The notes under the pieces are model-generated. The model had not been told where the DNA came from, did no database searches, and saw only the letters and a program-made list of their open reading frames with translations. A DNA stretch of 63,982 nucleotides, the filler included, from Intoshia linei (taxonomy: Eukaryota > Animalia > Orthonectida), in the NCBI GenBank assembly GCA_001642005.1. It is 11 parts of 11 records of this genome, joined end to end, with 100 filler letters (N's around TTAATTAATTAA, not from the genome) between each part and the next. Parts side by side here need not be neighbours in the genome. Positions count along the whole stretch, not along the records: positions 45,488 to 50,860 come from LWCA01001785.1; positions 50,961 to 56,397 come from LWCA01001793.1; positions 56,498 to 60,181 come from LWCA01002059.1; positions 60,282 to 61,500 come from LWCA01002726.1; positions 61,601 to 62,659 come from LWCA01002820.1; positions 62,760 to 63,982 come from LWCA01002720.1; 5 more parts are not named here. The stretch is one strand, 5' to 3'. Every line of letters starts with the position of its first letter. The first letter of the stretch is position 1. The translations under genes were made by a program, and so were the position numbers. Shown here piece after piece: positions 50,757 through 63,631 of this stretch.

Positions 50757-51989
50757 GTTAATTTACATACAGTGTATTTATATTTGTTTTTGCACTATGC
50801 AGAAAAGTTTTTGCACTTTATTGAAAAATATTATAAAATACATTTATTGTAAACTAAAAANNNNNNNNNNNNNNNNNNNNNNNNNNNNNNNNNNNNNNNN
50901 NNNNTTAATTAATTAANNNNNNNNNNNNNNNNNNNNNNNNNNNNNNNNNNNNNNNNNNNNATTAAGTTGTATGTCATACATTTCGGCTTGACAGATATTT
51001 AAATAATTTAATGTTATTTCAATTGAAAATGGAATTGTTCAAAGTTGTATAGAGTTGTCAACAGTTAAATGAAGTAGTTCCGAGGTACATTCGAGTAAAA
51101 ACGATATTATTTATTTTTGAACAATTTTATCCATTGATTACATGATATTATAGACATTTTCAGTAACATAAAGTCGTTTTTAAAACATAAAGACTTAGAA
51201 ATACTAATATAAAACGTGAAAATCATGTAAAAGTAAATTATTTGGTATTAAATTAAATTACTTACAAGTGTAAAAAATTATTGGGAAACTTCCATTGTTC
51301 TATTTAGGATATATTAGGATATTGTTAGCAGCGGTTTTATTTAATTATTTTATTAAAATTTATGACCGAGCCAAGTTTCTAGTCATAAAAAAAGGCTTTA
51401 AATTTCAAATTGAAAATGGGACAAAAAATCAGTCAATATTCATGATTTTATGAAACATCAACCAAGGGATATAAAATATTAATTCTTCACAGGGAAGATA
51501 GATAATATAGACTTTTTATTGATCTGATAAAATATGTGGTAAACAATTAATAATGTACTGTAAACAATACCTGAAAAACATGTTCCATTGTGGAACATTG
51601 ACGGGTTAAAGATTAATATTAATAGTTCATCAAGTTTATCACCTCGCAAAAATAAAGTACTCCATGTCTTTTGACCATCATTTGTTTCACCCAAATGTAA
51701 TGATTCATTTAAAAAAATTGTCATTATTATTAATTTTTTTGGGGTTCCACAGCGAAAAAGGGTTGAGAATGTTTTTGAGATATTGTATATGTTTTTCTGG
51801 TACTTTTTTTGTTATTTGCTGCTTCACACATATCTTAAATTTATCAAAATTATATTTAATAATTACAAATAATTAAACTTTTTATTATGTAAAAAGATTC
51901 CATGACTTCATAAAAGAGTCGATCTAATATTTAAAGCCATAAAACCATAACAATATTTAAAAAACAACTAAAAAAATAAAATAATATTG

Positions 51990-52121
51990 AATTTACGCGT
52001 TCGTTCAACAGAAATTCGTTAAACACCAGATATTTACGCATTTATATAGAAAATAAAATTTCGACGTTCGTTAAATGAAATATTCATTAAACAAAACATT
52101 CGTTAAATGAGATTTTGACTG
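51990..52121 (+). mobile_element. pogo-like terminus
   Basis: Repeated TTCGTTAAA motifs ending TTTGACTG|TA, resembling the end at 14406. Confidence 0.5.
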
Positions 52122-52291
52122 TATATATATAAAGTAGTAACCTATTTTGGGCCTGTGAATATGGATTATAATAGGCGTGCGTGGTAATATAAATGTTTTT
52201 TATTTTTTATTATTTTAGTGTACATTTGTTTCGTTTAAGTTTTACATTTTCTAAAGATACGATCGACTTAGAAATTAGAGACACTCTAGAC

Positions 52292-52653
52292 CAGTGGTTC
52301 TTAACCTTTTTTGACCTATGCACCCCCAAATATTGATCTTAATGACTGTGCACCCCTGATTAAAAATCAATTAATGCAATATTAATTACGTTATTATTAT
52401 TATTAATTAATGTCCTTGATTCAATGAGCGTTAATTATTAACTTAACTTAATAAGTATTAACAAGATGAAATTATATCTTAAATCTAATCTTTTTTTTGC
52501 TAATAAAAATATCAATTATGTAATTTTACTGATTTAGTAAATAAATGAATTAATAATTAATTTTTAATTATTTTATTAATGTAATTAAAAAAAATTGAAA
52601 ATAGCTCTGTGCACCCCAAAAATTGATTATGCACCCCCGGTTAAGAACCACTG
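52292..52653. mobile_element. hAT (Buster-type) MITE with perfect TSD
   Basis: Perfect 15-bp TIRs CAGTGGTTCTTAACC, TSD CTCTAGAC on both sides, and four TGCACCCC subterminal motifs. Confidence 0.93.
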
Positions 52654-52804
52654 CTCTAGACAATAAAAGGGCGCCATCCATTGAAATTTATTGATATAAT
52701 CAGAGTATCTCGTGCAAAATTATAGGGATCCTTGATAAAATATTTCTGAATTTAGAAATCTAGGATATATGCATATTTGGGAAGCCCTGTCTAAATAGAT
52801 TTAC

Positions 52805-53852
52805 CTCTTTCACCTTTATAACCTATTGTCCCTCTTTCACCTAAATGTTATGTAATTTTAAATTAATTTCAAACAAATTCTAATAAAATACCTCTTTCAC
52901 CTTTAATACCAAATCCAGGCGCACCTACTGAACCTTTTAGACCAATCTTTCCTTTTATTCCACGAACACCTGGTTGACCTGTAATAAATCGTAAATTAGT
53001 ATAAACTTTCTTGACAATTATAGTTCACATCTAAATTTACCTGGAGGTCCTTCAATTCCTTTAATTCCCATACCCATTGAGCCTTTTGATCCTTTCTGTC
53101 CTTTTCCATCATGGCCATCACGTCCTAATTATTTCGTCAGTGACATTTGAATATAAATTAAATACCATCTTGTCCACGGTCTCCTTTATAACCTCTTAAA
53201 CCCATCAAGCCTGGAGTACCAGGAAGTCCTAAATATAATTATAATCATTATGAAGGAGAATATGTATAATATACATTGTATATGTCATACAAGTATAAAA
53301 ACTATCAATAATTGTAATTCTTATAAGTAAAAAATATTTAAAATGTGCCTACGAATAGATTCATATTTATTATTCATAAAATGTAGAAATGAAATTATTA
53401 AATTTTATCCATGAAATAATTATAATTATTGTAACACATACCGTGATTTCCTTTTGCTCCAAAGCCAACATCCCCTTTGTCCCCTTTATTTCCACTAAAG
53501 CCTGGGAAACCTATTGAACCAACATCACCTCGACTTCCCTTTTCACCTCTATATCCAACTCCAGGTAAACCAATGTTACCCATTTCACCCGGAAATCCTG
53601 AAATTATATTGAATATTAATGACAATGATTAAAATTAAAGCTTAATTTAAAAATAAACCTCTCAACCCTTGTAAACCGGAAGCACCAATATTTCCTTTTT
53701 CTCCAGAATTTCCTTAATTTAATTTGTGTTAAAGTAATACACTTTTAATAAGCGTACCTTTCATTCCCGTAGGTCCAACGTGTCCTGCATTACCTTTCAT
53801 GCCAGGAAATCCCATGTTTCCTTTATCTCCTCTTGATCCCATGGAACCTTGT
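52805..53852 (-). CDS. Collagen triple-helix region, 7 exons (53852-53758, 53712-53659, 53597-53442, 53228-53166, 53124-53041, 52978-52892, 52840-52805); partial
   Basis: Continuous Gly-X-Y after splicing. Every downstream intron splits a Gly codon (phase 1), and several G-X-G imperfections are present. Confidence 0.9.
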
Positions 53853-54025
53853 CTAAAAATTAATTATGATTTGTTATACAGTTAATTTTTTATAAATCTA
53901 CAATACACTGGTACAATCCATTTAATGAATTATTATGAATTGGTGGGTGCACTGGTTGAGTAACTCTGATATTATAATATTATAATATTAATATAATATT
54001 AATATTATAAAATATAATTAAAATA

Positions 54026-55460
54026 TCGTAACTTATATAAAATGCGACGCGATTTCTGTTTGTGTGTCTGTGTGTTACTTTTTTGAAATAATTAGAACTC
54101 TTAGAATTTTTTAAAAACCATATTTCAATTACAGTTTTTTCCGGTACGTATAATAACATAAATTTCAACCTCCCAATTTCACATCTTAAGGGTCAAAAAC
54201 CCCTGTTGTCCCTCTTTTTGAAAATTAAATTAAATTTTTAAATTAAAGTTGGAGAATTTAAAAAAATATATACGCTGATACGAACTTTAAAATCATAAAC
54301 ATTATCATAAATTTAAATTTAAAAAAATTATACCTTCATGGCCAAAACCCTAAATTCTCTTCCTTTTTTTTGAAAACAGCCCTAGAATTTCACAAAATTT
54401 ACAGGTGGTAGAGTTGTATCATGTTAACACACATAAAAAATTTCAATAGTACAGTTGTATCCTGTTAACACACATAAAAAATTTCAATCCGAATAAGTGA
54501 CGACCTTCATGGTCAAAAAAGCATTTTAGTATTCATATATTTTTTTCTGAAATATTTTATTAAAAAAAGAATTATTCTGATAGAGTTTATTCCAGTTGAT
54601 ATAAATACAAAATTTCAACCCCAGAAATCTACGCATTCCCGGTGAAAAATAATTTTTAAATTATTATCAACCAATATTTTTCAAATATTTCGATTAAAAT
54701 CAAAAATTGAAAATGTAAATATTGATCCTACAATTNCCAATATTTTTCAAATATTTCGATTAAAATCAAAAATTGAAAATCAAATTGATCCTACAATTTC
54801 CAAAAAAAATGTGCAGTGAACGTCTACACATTTCCAATAAAGACATGTCGGTGAAAATCTACATAATTCATTCCTTCGGAATTTTTTTCATTGCTAGGCA
54901 ATTTATAAATTTCAAATTTTCATTTTCCAAACATTTTGAACAACATCTATGGCAACGAATTTATAAAAGTTTTGATGTTAATTTAATTTAACTTAATTTG
55001 AAAATGATAAAAAGAAAAGTAACATTCACAAGAAAAAAGGCCAAAAGTAGGGACACATTTTTAACATGAATCATTTTTATATTACAATCCTTTGCAATAA
55101 TAGTAAAATTAATTATTGATACAAAATTGGTATTTTTAAGTATTTATAAAATTGGTTCTGAATATATATCATCACATTGAAAATGACAAAATAGATTTTT
55201 ATAATTTTATTTCGCTGGAATTTATGCTATTTATGACAATTTTTAGTATTCGACTGAATTTACTTTATTTTTAATATTATTCACACATTCTGTCTAATAA
55301 ATTAAAAAAAAGCGATTATAATTGTTTTTAAAATTCTTTACGCAAATGTTAACAAAAAAAATTAAGATAGAATAATTCACCAAAGTAAAAAGTAATGTGA
55401 TATGACGGTTCCACTTGAAACAAATTTGGGAACCACTCTTTTAGAGAATTGATAATAGTT
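54026..55460 (+). mobile_element. Helitron-like copy lacking its final ~90 bp
   Basis: A|TCGTAACTTATATAA, a (GT)n tract, the family body and the GGGAACCACTC segment. Confidence 0.7.
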
Positions 55461-55524
55461 AATAGTAGTAGTAATAGTAGTATGTCAGTTAGGAGGTTTT
55501 TCGATATGTAACTACGAAGAACTT

Positions 55525-56397
55525 TAGGGTTAAATAGATGTAGTTTTATAAAACATAGACCATAGTTAAAAAATTTGTTGATAAAAACTTGTTTTGAAGT
55601 GGGGCAAGATAAAATAAAATTTAAACATTTATGTGGTAATAAAGTTCAATTTGGCAAATAAATTTTATTGTCAATATGTACGATTTTAAATTAAATTAAA
55701 CTTAATTAAAGATTCAATTATATATCAACGTGAATTTGCGAAATTTTGTAAATTATTGACTTAAATGAAGTTACGAAGTGAAAACATTAATGTGAAACAT
55801 TATATTGGTTATAATTTTGACCAGAAAAATTTTCCAACTAATGGTCAAGTATTAAAAAGAATTTTGGCATTAAAACACGATAAGGTTATAAAACCTTTTA
55901 GATTAATTTCTACAGAAATTAAAACAATTGGTATATTTCTGGCTTAAATTTTGTATTGGTCGATAGAATGGAAAGTAAGTTGAAAGAATTATGGAATAAC
56001 TACAGGAATGCAAAAAGGCGAATCAATTCTAGCAGATTTTGTTATTTAAAAGTAAAATTAAAATTTTGTTCAAATTTTACAAAGATGATCAGAGTATCAC
56101 ATTTAAAGAAGACCTAGAATTTTTTAAAATGCAAAAGAAAAATTCATCTGGTGTAATGACAAATATTCAATTAGAAAATCATCTTTATCTTGAAATAAAA
56201 TATTTAAAAACTGTCAAGCAAAAATATACTAAAAAGAAAAAAATTAAACAAATGGTAAGATAATATAGTAAAATTAAATACTCGTACTGTCTTAGCGAAA
56301 ATGAAGATATCGTTGAAGAAGAACAGACAAAATTAATAAATGAGGTGTGTCATTAAGAGGTGCCAGTTCACTTTTAAATATATCCTATTCAACAGTT
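55525..56397 (+). mobile_element. hATm-like transposase N-terminal remnant
   Basis: FPTNGQVLKR...EIKTI(W)...KLKELWNNYR..K....FK.KI..LF...EDLEFFKMQK..G.M, a pattern typical of hATm N-termini. Frameshifted, with TAGGG near 55525. Confidence 0.5.
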
Positions 56398-56497
56398 NNN
56401 NNNNNNNNNNNNNNNNNNNNNNNNNNNNNNNNNNNNNNNNNTTAATTAATTAANNNNNNNNNNNNNNNNNNNNNNNNNNNNNNNNNNNNNNNNNNNN

Positions 56498-59157
56498 TCT
56501 ATAGCGGCATAATATAAAATATGCATAATGATCTTTAAAATATTCTTGATTAGTATTAACAATAGTTTTTTTTACATCATTAATTTTTAATTCTAGAGTA
56601 TTTAAATGTTCATCATATATTTTACAGTCTACAACTGTAGATTCATTCAATGAATGCTTAAAATTATAGTGTATTTTCAATAATTCATTTTTATTAAATA
56701 TACACTTGGATTCATATGTGCCAAAACAGAAATTCATAATTATAATTGAATTTTTCTCATCAACTATAAATAAAATTTAATTATGATTATTAATAGTTGT
56801 GTGGAATGATTTAAAATGTACATTTTTTGACGCAGCCAATCGATAGGTTCTCGTATTCTGATATTTTGCAATCATCAACTGAATGTTTGATTAGATGATT
56901 AAAAATAATACTTTACCCCTACACTCAGAAGCTGATACTTCATAATAATGTCTGATATCATTACAAATACAATCATATTTTGTGGTCCTATTAATGCATT
57001 TACTGTCTTCTGAGCACATGGCAATGTTACAATAATTGACTAAATGTTAATATATTATAGTAGTAATTAATTATATACTATGAACAATGTACAATGTAAA
57101 CATTGATAATAAAATTAATTTTTACACATATACTACATGTTATTTCATATATATATATATATATGTTATATGCTCATTAAACAGTCATTTAAAAAAATAT
57201 TAATCCTTACTTATACACCCCGACAAAACGTTAGAGCACTCTTTAAAAATGCTATTAAAACCATTTTCTGGATAAAAATTAAATAAAAAGTTCCTCACCG
57301 AACATTCAACGAAGAGTCATGATAAAATTCCCAAATTTTCCAAAACTCCACATAGAAAAAAGGATACTTTTTGCACGTACCAATATGTCCATTAATTGGA
57401 ATCAAATATGTTTTTCCGATGAAAAACGTTTTAACCTGGACGGACCAAATGGTTATTCTTACTATTTCCACAATATTAAGACAGAGAAATTATGCAAATT
57501 AAAACGACAATGTGGAGGAAACAGTGTAATGGTTTGGGGAGGATTTGGAAAAAAATTTAAAACTAAATTGTTTTACAAACGAAAAATCTATAACAATACT
57601 AAATGAATTCTTACTTTTTTGCAAAACGAATTTTAGAATATTCCAACAAGACAATGCACCTATACACGCGTCTAAAATGACTAAAGAATGGTTAAATCGT
57701 AAAAATATTAATGTTCTTGCGTGGCCACTATGCTCACCGGATTTAAACCCAATAGAATATATATGGGGAATGATGACTAGGATTGTATATAAAGATGGAA
57801 AACAATATAAATTTTTAAAAGATCTGAGATCAGCCATAGAGAAACTTTGGAATTGCATTGACCAACCCAAGGTTAACACCTTAATTGCAAGTATGCCTTC
57901 TAGAATTTTTGAAGTTATTATAAATAAAAGTGGAAGAACTCATTATTAAAGTTATAAAATTAGATTTTAAATAAATTATTGTACCTATTTTGCTGTAAAT
58001 TAGAAAGCGTTAGAGCACTTTTGTCGCATATTTTTTTCGACTTTTTTTCATTCTTAAATTATAAGAAAAGTATACATAATTACACAATTTAAAATTCGGG
58101 GCAATAACTAATATACCATATTGTTTTAGTATTGAAAAAATTAGATTATATTTTTTTTAGTTTTTCTTATATTTCAATATCATACAGGTGCTCTAAGGTT
58201 TTGTCGGGGTGTATATATGCAATGCATATTATGCATATAATATATAGTGTGTGTGTTCAACTTTATTTAAATAACTATCCGTCTTAAAATTTTATAAAGT
58301 TCACATTTCAATTACATTTTTTTCCGGCGTGTTCGCAAAATATATTTACATAAAAAACTACAACAACAAAACTAAAACAACTTTGTTAATATCATTTTTA
58401 TATTACAATCCTTTACAATAATGGTAAAATTCGACTAAAATATGTTTATAAAGTGAAGATTCGGTTAATTATTAATACACAATTAGTATTTTTAAGTATT
58501 TATTAAATTGATATTGAATATATGTCATCACATTGAAAATGACAAAATATGTTTTTATAATTTTATTTTTTCTGGAATTTATGCTATTTTGACAAAATTT
58601 TTAATGAGTGTTTTTACTTTATTGTTAAGATTATACAACTCATTCTGTCTAATAAATTATTTCTTTAATTTTATTTTTTCTGGAATTTATGCTATTTATG
58701 ACAATTTTTAGGATTGGACGTTTATACTTTATTTTTAATATTATACACACATTCTGTCCAATAAATTAAAAAAATAAGATAACAATTGTTTTTAAAATAT
58801 GGGAACCACTCCTTTAAAGGATTAATAATAGTGAATAGTAGGATTTTTAAGTTAAATTTTCAACGTGAATTTATTTTTTTGGTATAATAAAAATTGCCCT
58901 CGGCAGAGCTAGGTGCGGCTTCTACGTAGTACATAACAGTCAACTTAGCTACACTATAATTTACTCTATATGTAACTTTATTTTAGAGATGGGCAACGTA
59001 GTATAAGGCAAACCAAGGTAAAATGTAATATGAAATAAAAAACCGCAATATGTTCCAAAAACACCTTCGCTGCATATACACGTATACTTAGGAAGTGTAT
59101 CTGTTGTTGTTTCCAGACAAGTTCCATCTTCGCATCCATTTCCCAAGCATTTGCTTT
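56498..59157 (-). CDS. EGF-repeat protein, exons 59157-59044, 57039-56917, 56878-56822, 56763-(56498); partial
   Basis: Phase-1 symmetric EGF exons CLGNGCEDGTCLETTTDTLPKYTCICSEGVFGTYC and YCNIAMCSEDSKCINRTTKYDCICNDIRHYYEVSASEC. After a 38-bp intron and a short exon, splicing continues in frame into ORF MNFCFG. Confidence 0.8.
57204..58948 (+). mobile_element. Helitron-like element interrupted by a Tc1 insertion
   Basis: A|TCCTTACTTATA, then the Tc1, then the rest of the family 5' end ((GT)n, TTTATTTAAATAACTA) and the 3' end GTAGTACATAACAGTCAACTTAG. Confidence 0.72.
57216..58211 (+). mobile_element. Tc1/Tc3-like DD34E transposon, internally deleted, 996 bp
   Basis: 24-bp TIRs CACCCCGACAAAAC(G/C)TTAGAGCAC (23/24) with a TA TSD. 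FSDEKRFNLDGP, QQDNAPIH and SPDLNPIE with 34 residues between D and E. The HTH is missing and the ORF is split. Confidence 0.93.
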
Positions 59158-60569
59158 CTACAATTTGGTATATATAATTCTAACTTTACGCAATTAAAAT
59201 TTGTCTATTTTTGTTAAGAATGTAATTTTTTGCCTATACATTAGTTATATAAGGTTTTAAATGATTATAATCGTTAATTAAATATTTAAATTTAATTTTA
59301 TCACATAAATTTAAAAAATTTTTGAGGGGTAATATCTGTTTAAAAATTAATTGTTTTAATTTCTTTAATATTATCGATTTCATTTGTAATATCAGATTTG
59401 TTCGACGGTAATTCTAAAATCATTATATCGATTTTTTAGTAATTTTTCTCTTCGAATTGCCTGCAGCAATTTTTTTTTGTTTTAATGAAATTTCAGATTT
59501 TTCAAAACTTTGGTCTTCTTCTCATTAAATTTCATTATGAAATGTTTATTTCTTGTATAGTTACACAAGTCATTTATATCGAAAAAACGTGGGATTAATG
59601 AAAATCTTGAAATTTTGAAAAAAGTGGTCCGTTTTTCACAACTGGTCCATGGTCTGCTTAATGCAGGGTCACAACCTGCGGCCGTTAGATTGTTTATGTT
59701 CGGCCGTCGGCAATCTATGTATCATCATAATACAATGTATCAATTTACTTTAAATTCAAGGGAAATATTTTTATAAAAATGTTACATTTTTGACTTCGCC
59801 CACTTTCTCAAAATAGATTTAAACTTTCTCGTTAAGTCGAAAAAGGTTGAGACCCATAACATAAGCATTTAATTAGAAAACTGACAATGACTAGAAATTA
59901 AAAAACATAAATTCTGAGAATTCTCTAGAAAATTTTAAATTACAGGATTTATATACTAATATATAATAAATATAATTATGCTTTTCTAATAAGGCTAAAT
60001 TTGAAAAATGATAAAATTCGCTATTTAAAATATTAATTCAAAAGAGATCAATTTACACATTAATTAATAGATTAATACAGTGGTTTTCAACCGGGGGTCG
60101 CGGGAATTTGAACACAGTATAAAATAAAAATAAAACTGAATATGCTTTTTTAATATTTTCATTTATGTGAATTGATAAGATNNNNNNNNNNNNNNNNNNN
60201 NNNNNNNNNNNNNNNNNNNNNNNNNTTAATTAATTAANNNNNNNNNNNNNNNNNNNNNNNNNNNNNNNNNNNNNNNNNNNNTATTGTTAATCAGTCATTG
60301 TTAGTAGAGCCTTTCACTTTTACAAAAACCCCATTGTAAAATTAAAATTGATACACATAAAAGAAAATAAAACAATTCATATTATTCATCTAATATGAAA
60401 TCACATTAATAACATAAGAAGTATTTAAATAATTCTTTTAGGCTATATTTAATTCATACATATACAATATTACAATTAATTATACATACAGCTTTCATAA
60501 CAATTATCATTATGATTTATGTAATGGAATATGAAATACAACTTATACTAGAACTACAATCACTATCAT

Positions 60570-61500
60570 TCAGTCTGATTTTTTTACTATTGAAATAATT
60601 GGTTGATTCTTTTTTTTATTTCAATAATTTTTCGTCTTGTTCACGTTTATTCCTTGTTATTAATTTTAATTAAAAATGAGTGCCATTTTCACACAAACCA
60701 GATCTTTGTATAATCTCATTTGTTAAAAAAAACACAAATATCGAAATCTATATTGAAATGACTGTGATCCCATCTGTAAATTTGAGAAAAAATAGAAAAT
60801 GATTTTTTTAATCTCTTAAAAAATCTTTCCACGCATCCACGCTTTGATGCCAATTCTGACTGATAGTGTATTTCGTCGGGTTTTACGAGTGAAGGACGAT
60901 TCATTGCAAATTTTCTCAATCCGGGAGTCTCACAACTATTACCCAAATAACCTGAATCCAAAACAACTCCCCATCTCGAATGATATTTCCAATGATATTT
61001 TTTCAGATGGTAATTTTTTAAGATAATCAAGGTAATTTATATAATAACGTTTAAAAGCAGAGAAATCATGCTCGCTTCCTAAAAAACCTTTTTGAGAAAA
61101 AAGGGCATAATGAAAACGAGTTTTCATCCTCCAACCTCCTTTTTAATAACATTCATTTTATTTTTAGAATCGTATTATTTCTTAGTCTTACTTTCAATTC
61201 CATGTGGTCTGAATACCTTCAATGAGGTACTATCAATAGCTAAAGCCAAATAAGAATAATTTCCTTCCATGGCTATTGGGGCTTTCTATGATTCCACCAT
61301 TTTTGCGACAAATATTGATAAAATGGAGAACGCATTCAATCTATACTCTTTTAAATTAGATTTGTCGTAAATTCAAATATTTTGGTGATTAATTTAAATT
61401 CATGGCCGTGTTTTAACCAATACAAAAAAACTTTTACTGAGTCTAAAGTGCACATTTTAGGCGACCTTCCTCTTTTCCCGGTTTGATTCATAACCCCTAA
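60570..61500 (-). mobile_element. PIF/Harbinger/ISL2EU-like (DDE_Tnp_4-type) transposase pseudogene
   Basis: LYWLKHG, LAIDSTS, GSEHDF, VLDSGY and LASKR..VERFFKRLK motifs, with frameshifts. Confidence 0.78.
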
Positions 61501-62759
61501 NNNNNNNNNNNNNNNNNNNNNNNNNNNNNNNNNNNNNNNNNNNNTTAATTAATTAANNNNNNNNNNNNNNNNNNNNNNNNNNNNNNNNNNNNNNNNNNNN
61601 ACTTCATAGCATATTTTTAAACATGATTGCAACAATGTTGTATACAAATTTTCACTCGCTGTAGTCGTAACCCACAACCGAAAAGTTGGTTTATCTTCCA
61701 AGTCTTTTACTATTTATATTGAAACATAAGCCAATAATCGTTTTATTTATTTTACATTACACATTAAGGTGTCTCACGGGTCGTTACAAAAAATATCCTT
61801 AGAGTTTAAAATGATTAACATGAGTACATGTATCTCTAAAATAATATCTATTTTAACATATTTTTAGCCAATTCCCAATAGTTTTGTTAGCCTGGCTATT
61901 TATAGTTTTTTTATATGTTTATTACATGTACATAGTCTATGAAAAAAATATTTCAGCGTTATCAAAATTTAGGGGGCGCTGCAACGAATATTATTAAAAA
62001 TGTCAAATATGTTATTTTTGACAAAAAAAATATAACCTTATGTATTTTGTATTATGGAGATGTTAGCCTTAAAAATGTCTTTATCCACTGATGTATTCTG
62101 AAATGTTAAGGATATTATTGTGTTTTCTAAAATCTTACATGGTTGAAAGTGGATTCAATTCTATAAACAAAATATTGAGTAAAGATAAAAACAAAATTAA
62201 TGTATGTCAAAGAAGAGATATTGCTATCAAATTAACCAGCATAAAACAAACAGAATTAAGGAGTTAGCACTAAATTACCAGGCACAAGTTCTAATAATTT
62301 TTGGGAATCACTATTAGATGTTCATTAGTCCTTAGTAAAGACTCTTGATTATATAAACTTAAAGAAAATTAAAAATTTCAGTCGGTATAAAAAATGCCAT
62401 TATTTGTAATTAGCCATTTATTTAGAATACTGACCGTTTTAAAAATTTAAAAAATATCAAGCATATGTCATTTTTTAATTATTTTAATTTCTATTTTATG
62501 GCGTAGAAAGTAAAATAAATATCAATTTGCATATTCAGGGTCAATATTCTAAATTTTTTTTATTTTGAAAAATAAAAAAAAATTACTATGCTATCATACT
62601 TTTTTCAAAAAAAATTTCTAAATATAAATACAATGTATGTATCTAGAAATGTTCTTAATNNNNNNNNNNNNNNNNNNNNNNNNNNNNNNNNNNNNNNNNN
62701 NNNTTAATTAATTAANNNNNNNNNNNNNNNNNNNNNNNNNNNNNNNNNNNNNNNNNNNN

Positions 62760-63631
62760 ATTATAATTGTCAGGAAGAAATGTTATTTACTATATTCTTA
62801 GAAACTGACACTATAGGTTTATCAATATTTAACGCTGTAAAAAGCTGGTTTGATGATATAAACATTCCATTTCAAAATATGGTATCCTGTGCCACTGACG
62901 GAGCTGCTTCAATGGTTGGACGACATAAAGGATTTTTATCCTATGTAAGGAATATTTTCCCAAACATTTTAGCTATTCATTGTATACTCCATAGACACAA
63001 TTTAGTTGCAAGGAAGATAAGTTCCATACTTCACGATTCATTAAATTTGGTTATTAAAATTATAAACAGTATTAAACGCAAAAGTAAATATGATCGTTTA
63101 TTCAGGAAATTCTGTACAGAAAGAAAAAATGATAATGTTAGACTTCTTTTGCACATTAAAATCAGGTGGTTGTCAAAGGAAAATTGTTGTCTCGTTTTGT
63201 CTCTTTATAATAGTATTGTAGAATTTTTTAAAAGAGGGAGATGAAAAATTATCTGAACAAATTAAATTGAATATGAACATTATGTATTATTTGTCGTTTA
63301 TTTTTGGTAAATTAAATGATATTACCCTGCGTTTACAAGGGACACTTATCACATTAATAGACTGTAAACCTGCAAAAGCATTCAAGGAAAAAATTATAGT
63401 TTTTCGCAAAAATATGAGATAGGAATTTTGATAATATGCTGGATATACAAAATTCCATATCTGATGAAGATATTTTAGTATTATTATTATTTAAGAAGTA
63501 TTATTTACCTTTTTTTTCCATTATTGATTTTATAAAAATTCTAGTTCATTTTATAATGGGGCCGTTAATTTTTGATTTTTTGCCGTTATGGTGTAATGGG
63601 GGCGTTGGTTGAAAAAGGTTGAGAACCTCTG
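62760..63631 (+). mobile_element. Buster/SCAND3/ZBED8-like hAT transposon, 3' part
   Basis: CATDGAASMVG, HCILHRHNL, LLLHIKIRWLSK and LRLQG. Right terminus GGTTGAGAACCTCTG followed by CATTAGAG. Confidence 0.9.

Noticed and set aside
54672-54800. Tandem duplication of about 65 bp around a single N at 54736
   Set aside because: It looks like an unmerged contig overlap, i.e. an assembly artefact.
2918-58711. Many 60-115-aa F/I/L/K-rich ORFs in the track (e.g. 2918, 3195, 8235, 19772, 21057, 39858, 53980, 54773, 58508)
   Set aside because: They are chance ORFs in AT-rich repeats or introns with no domain signal.
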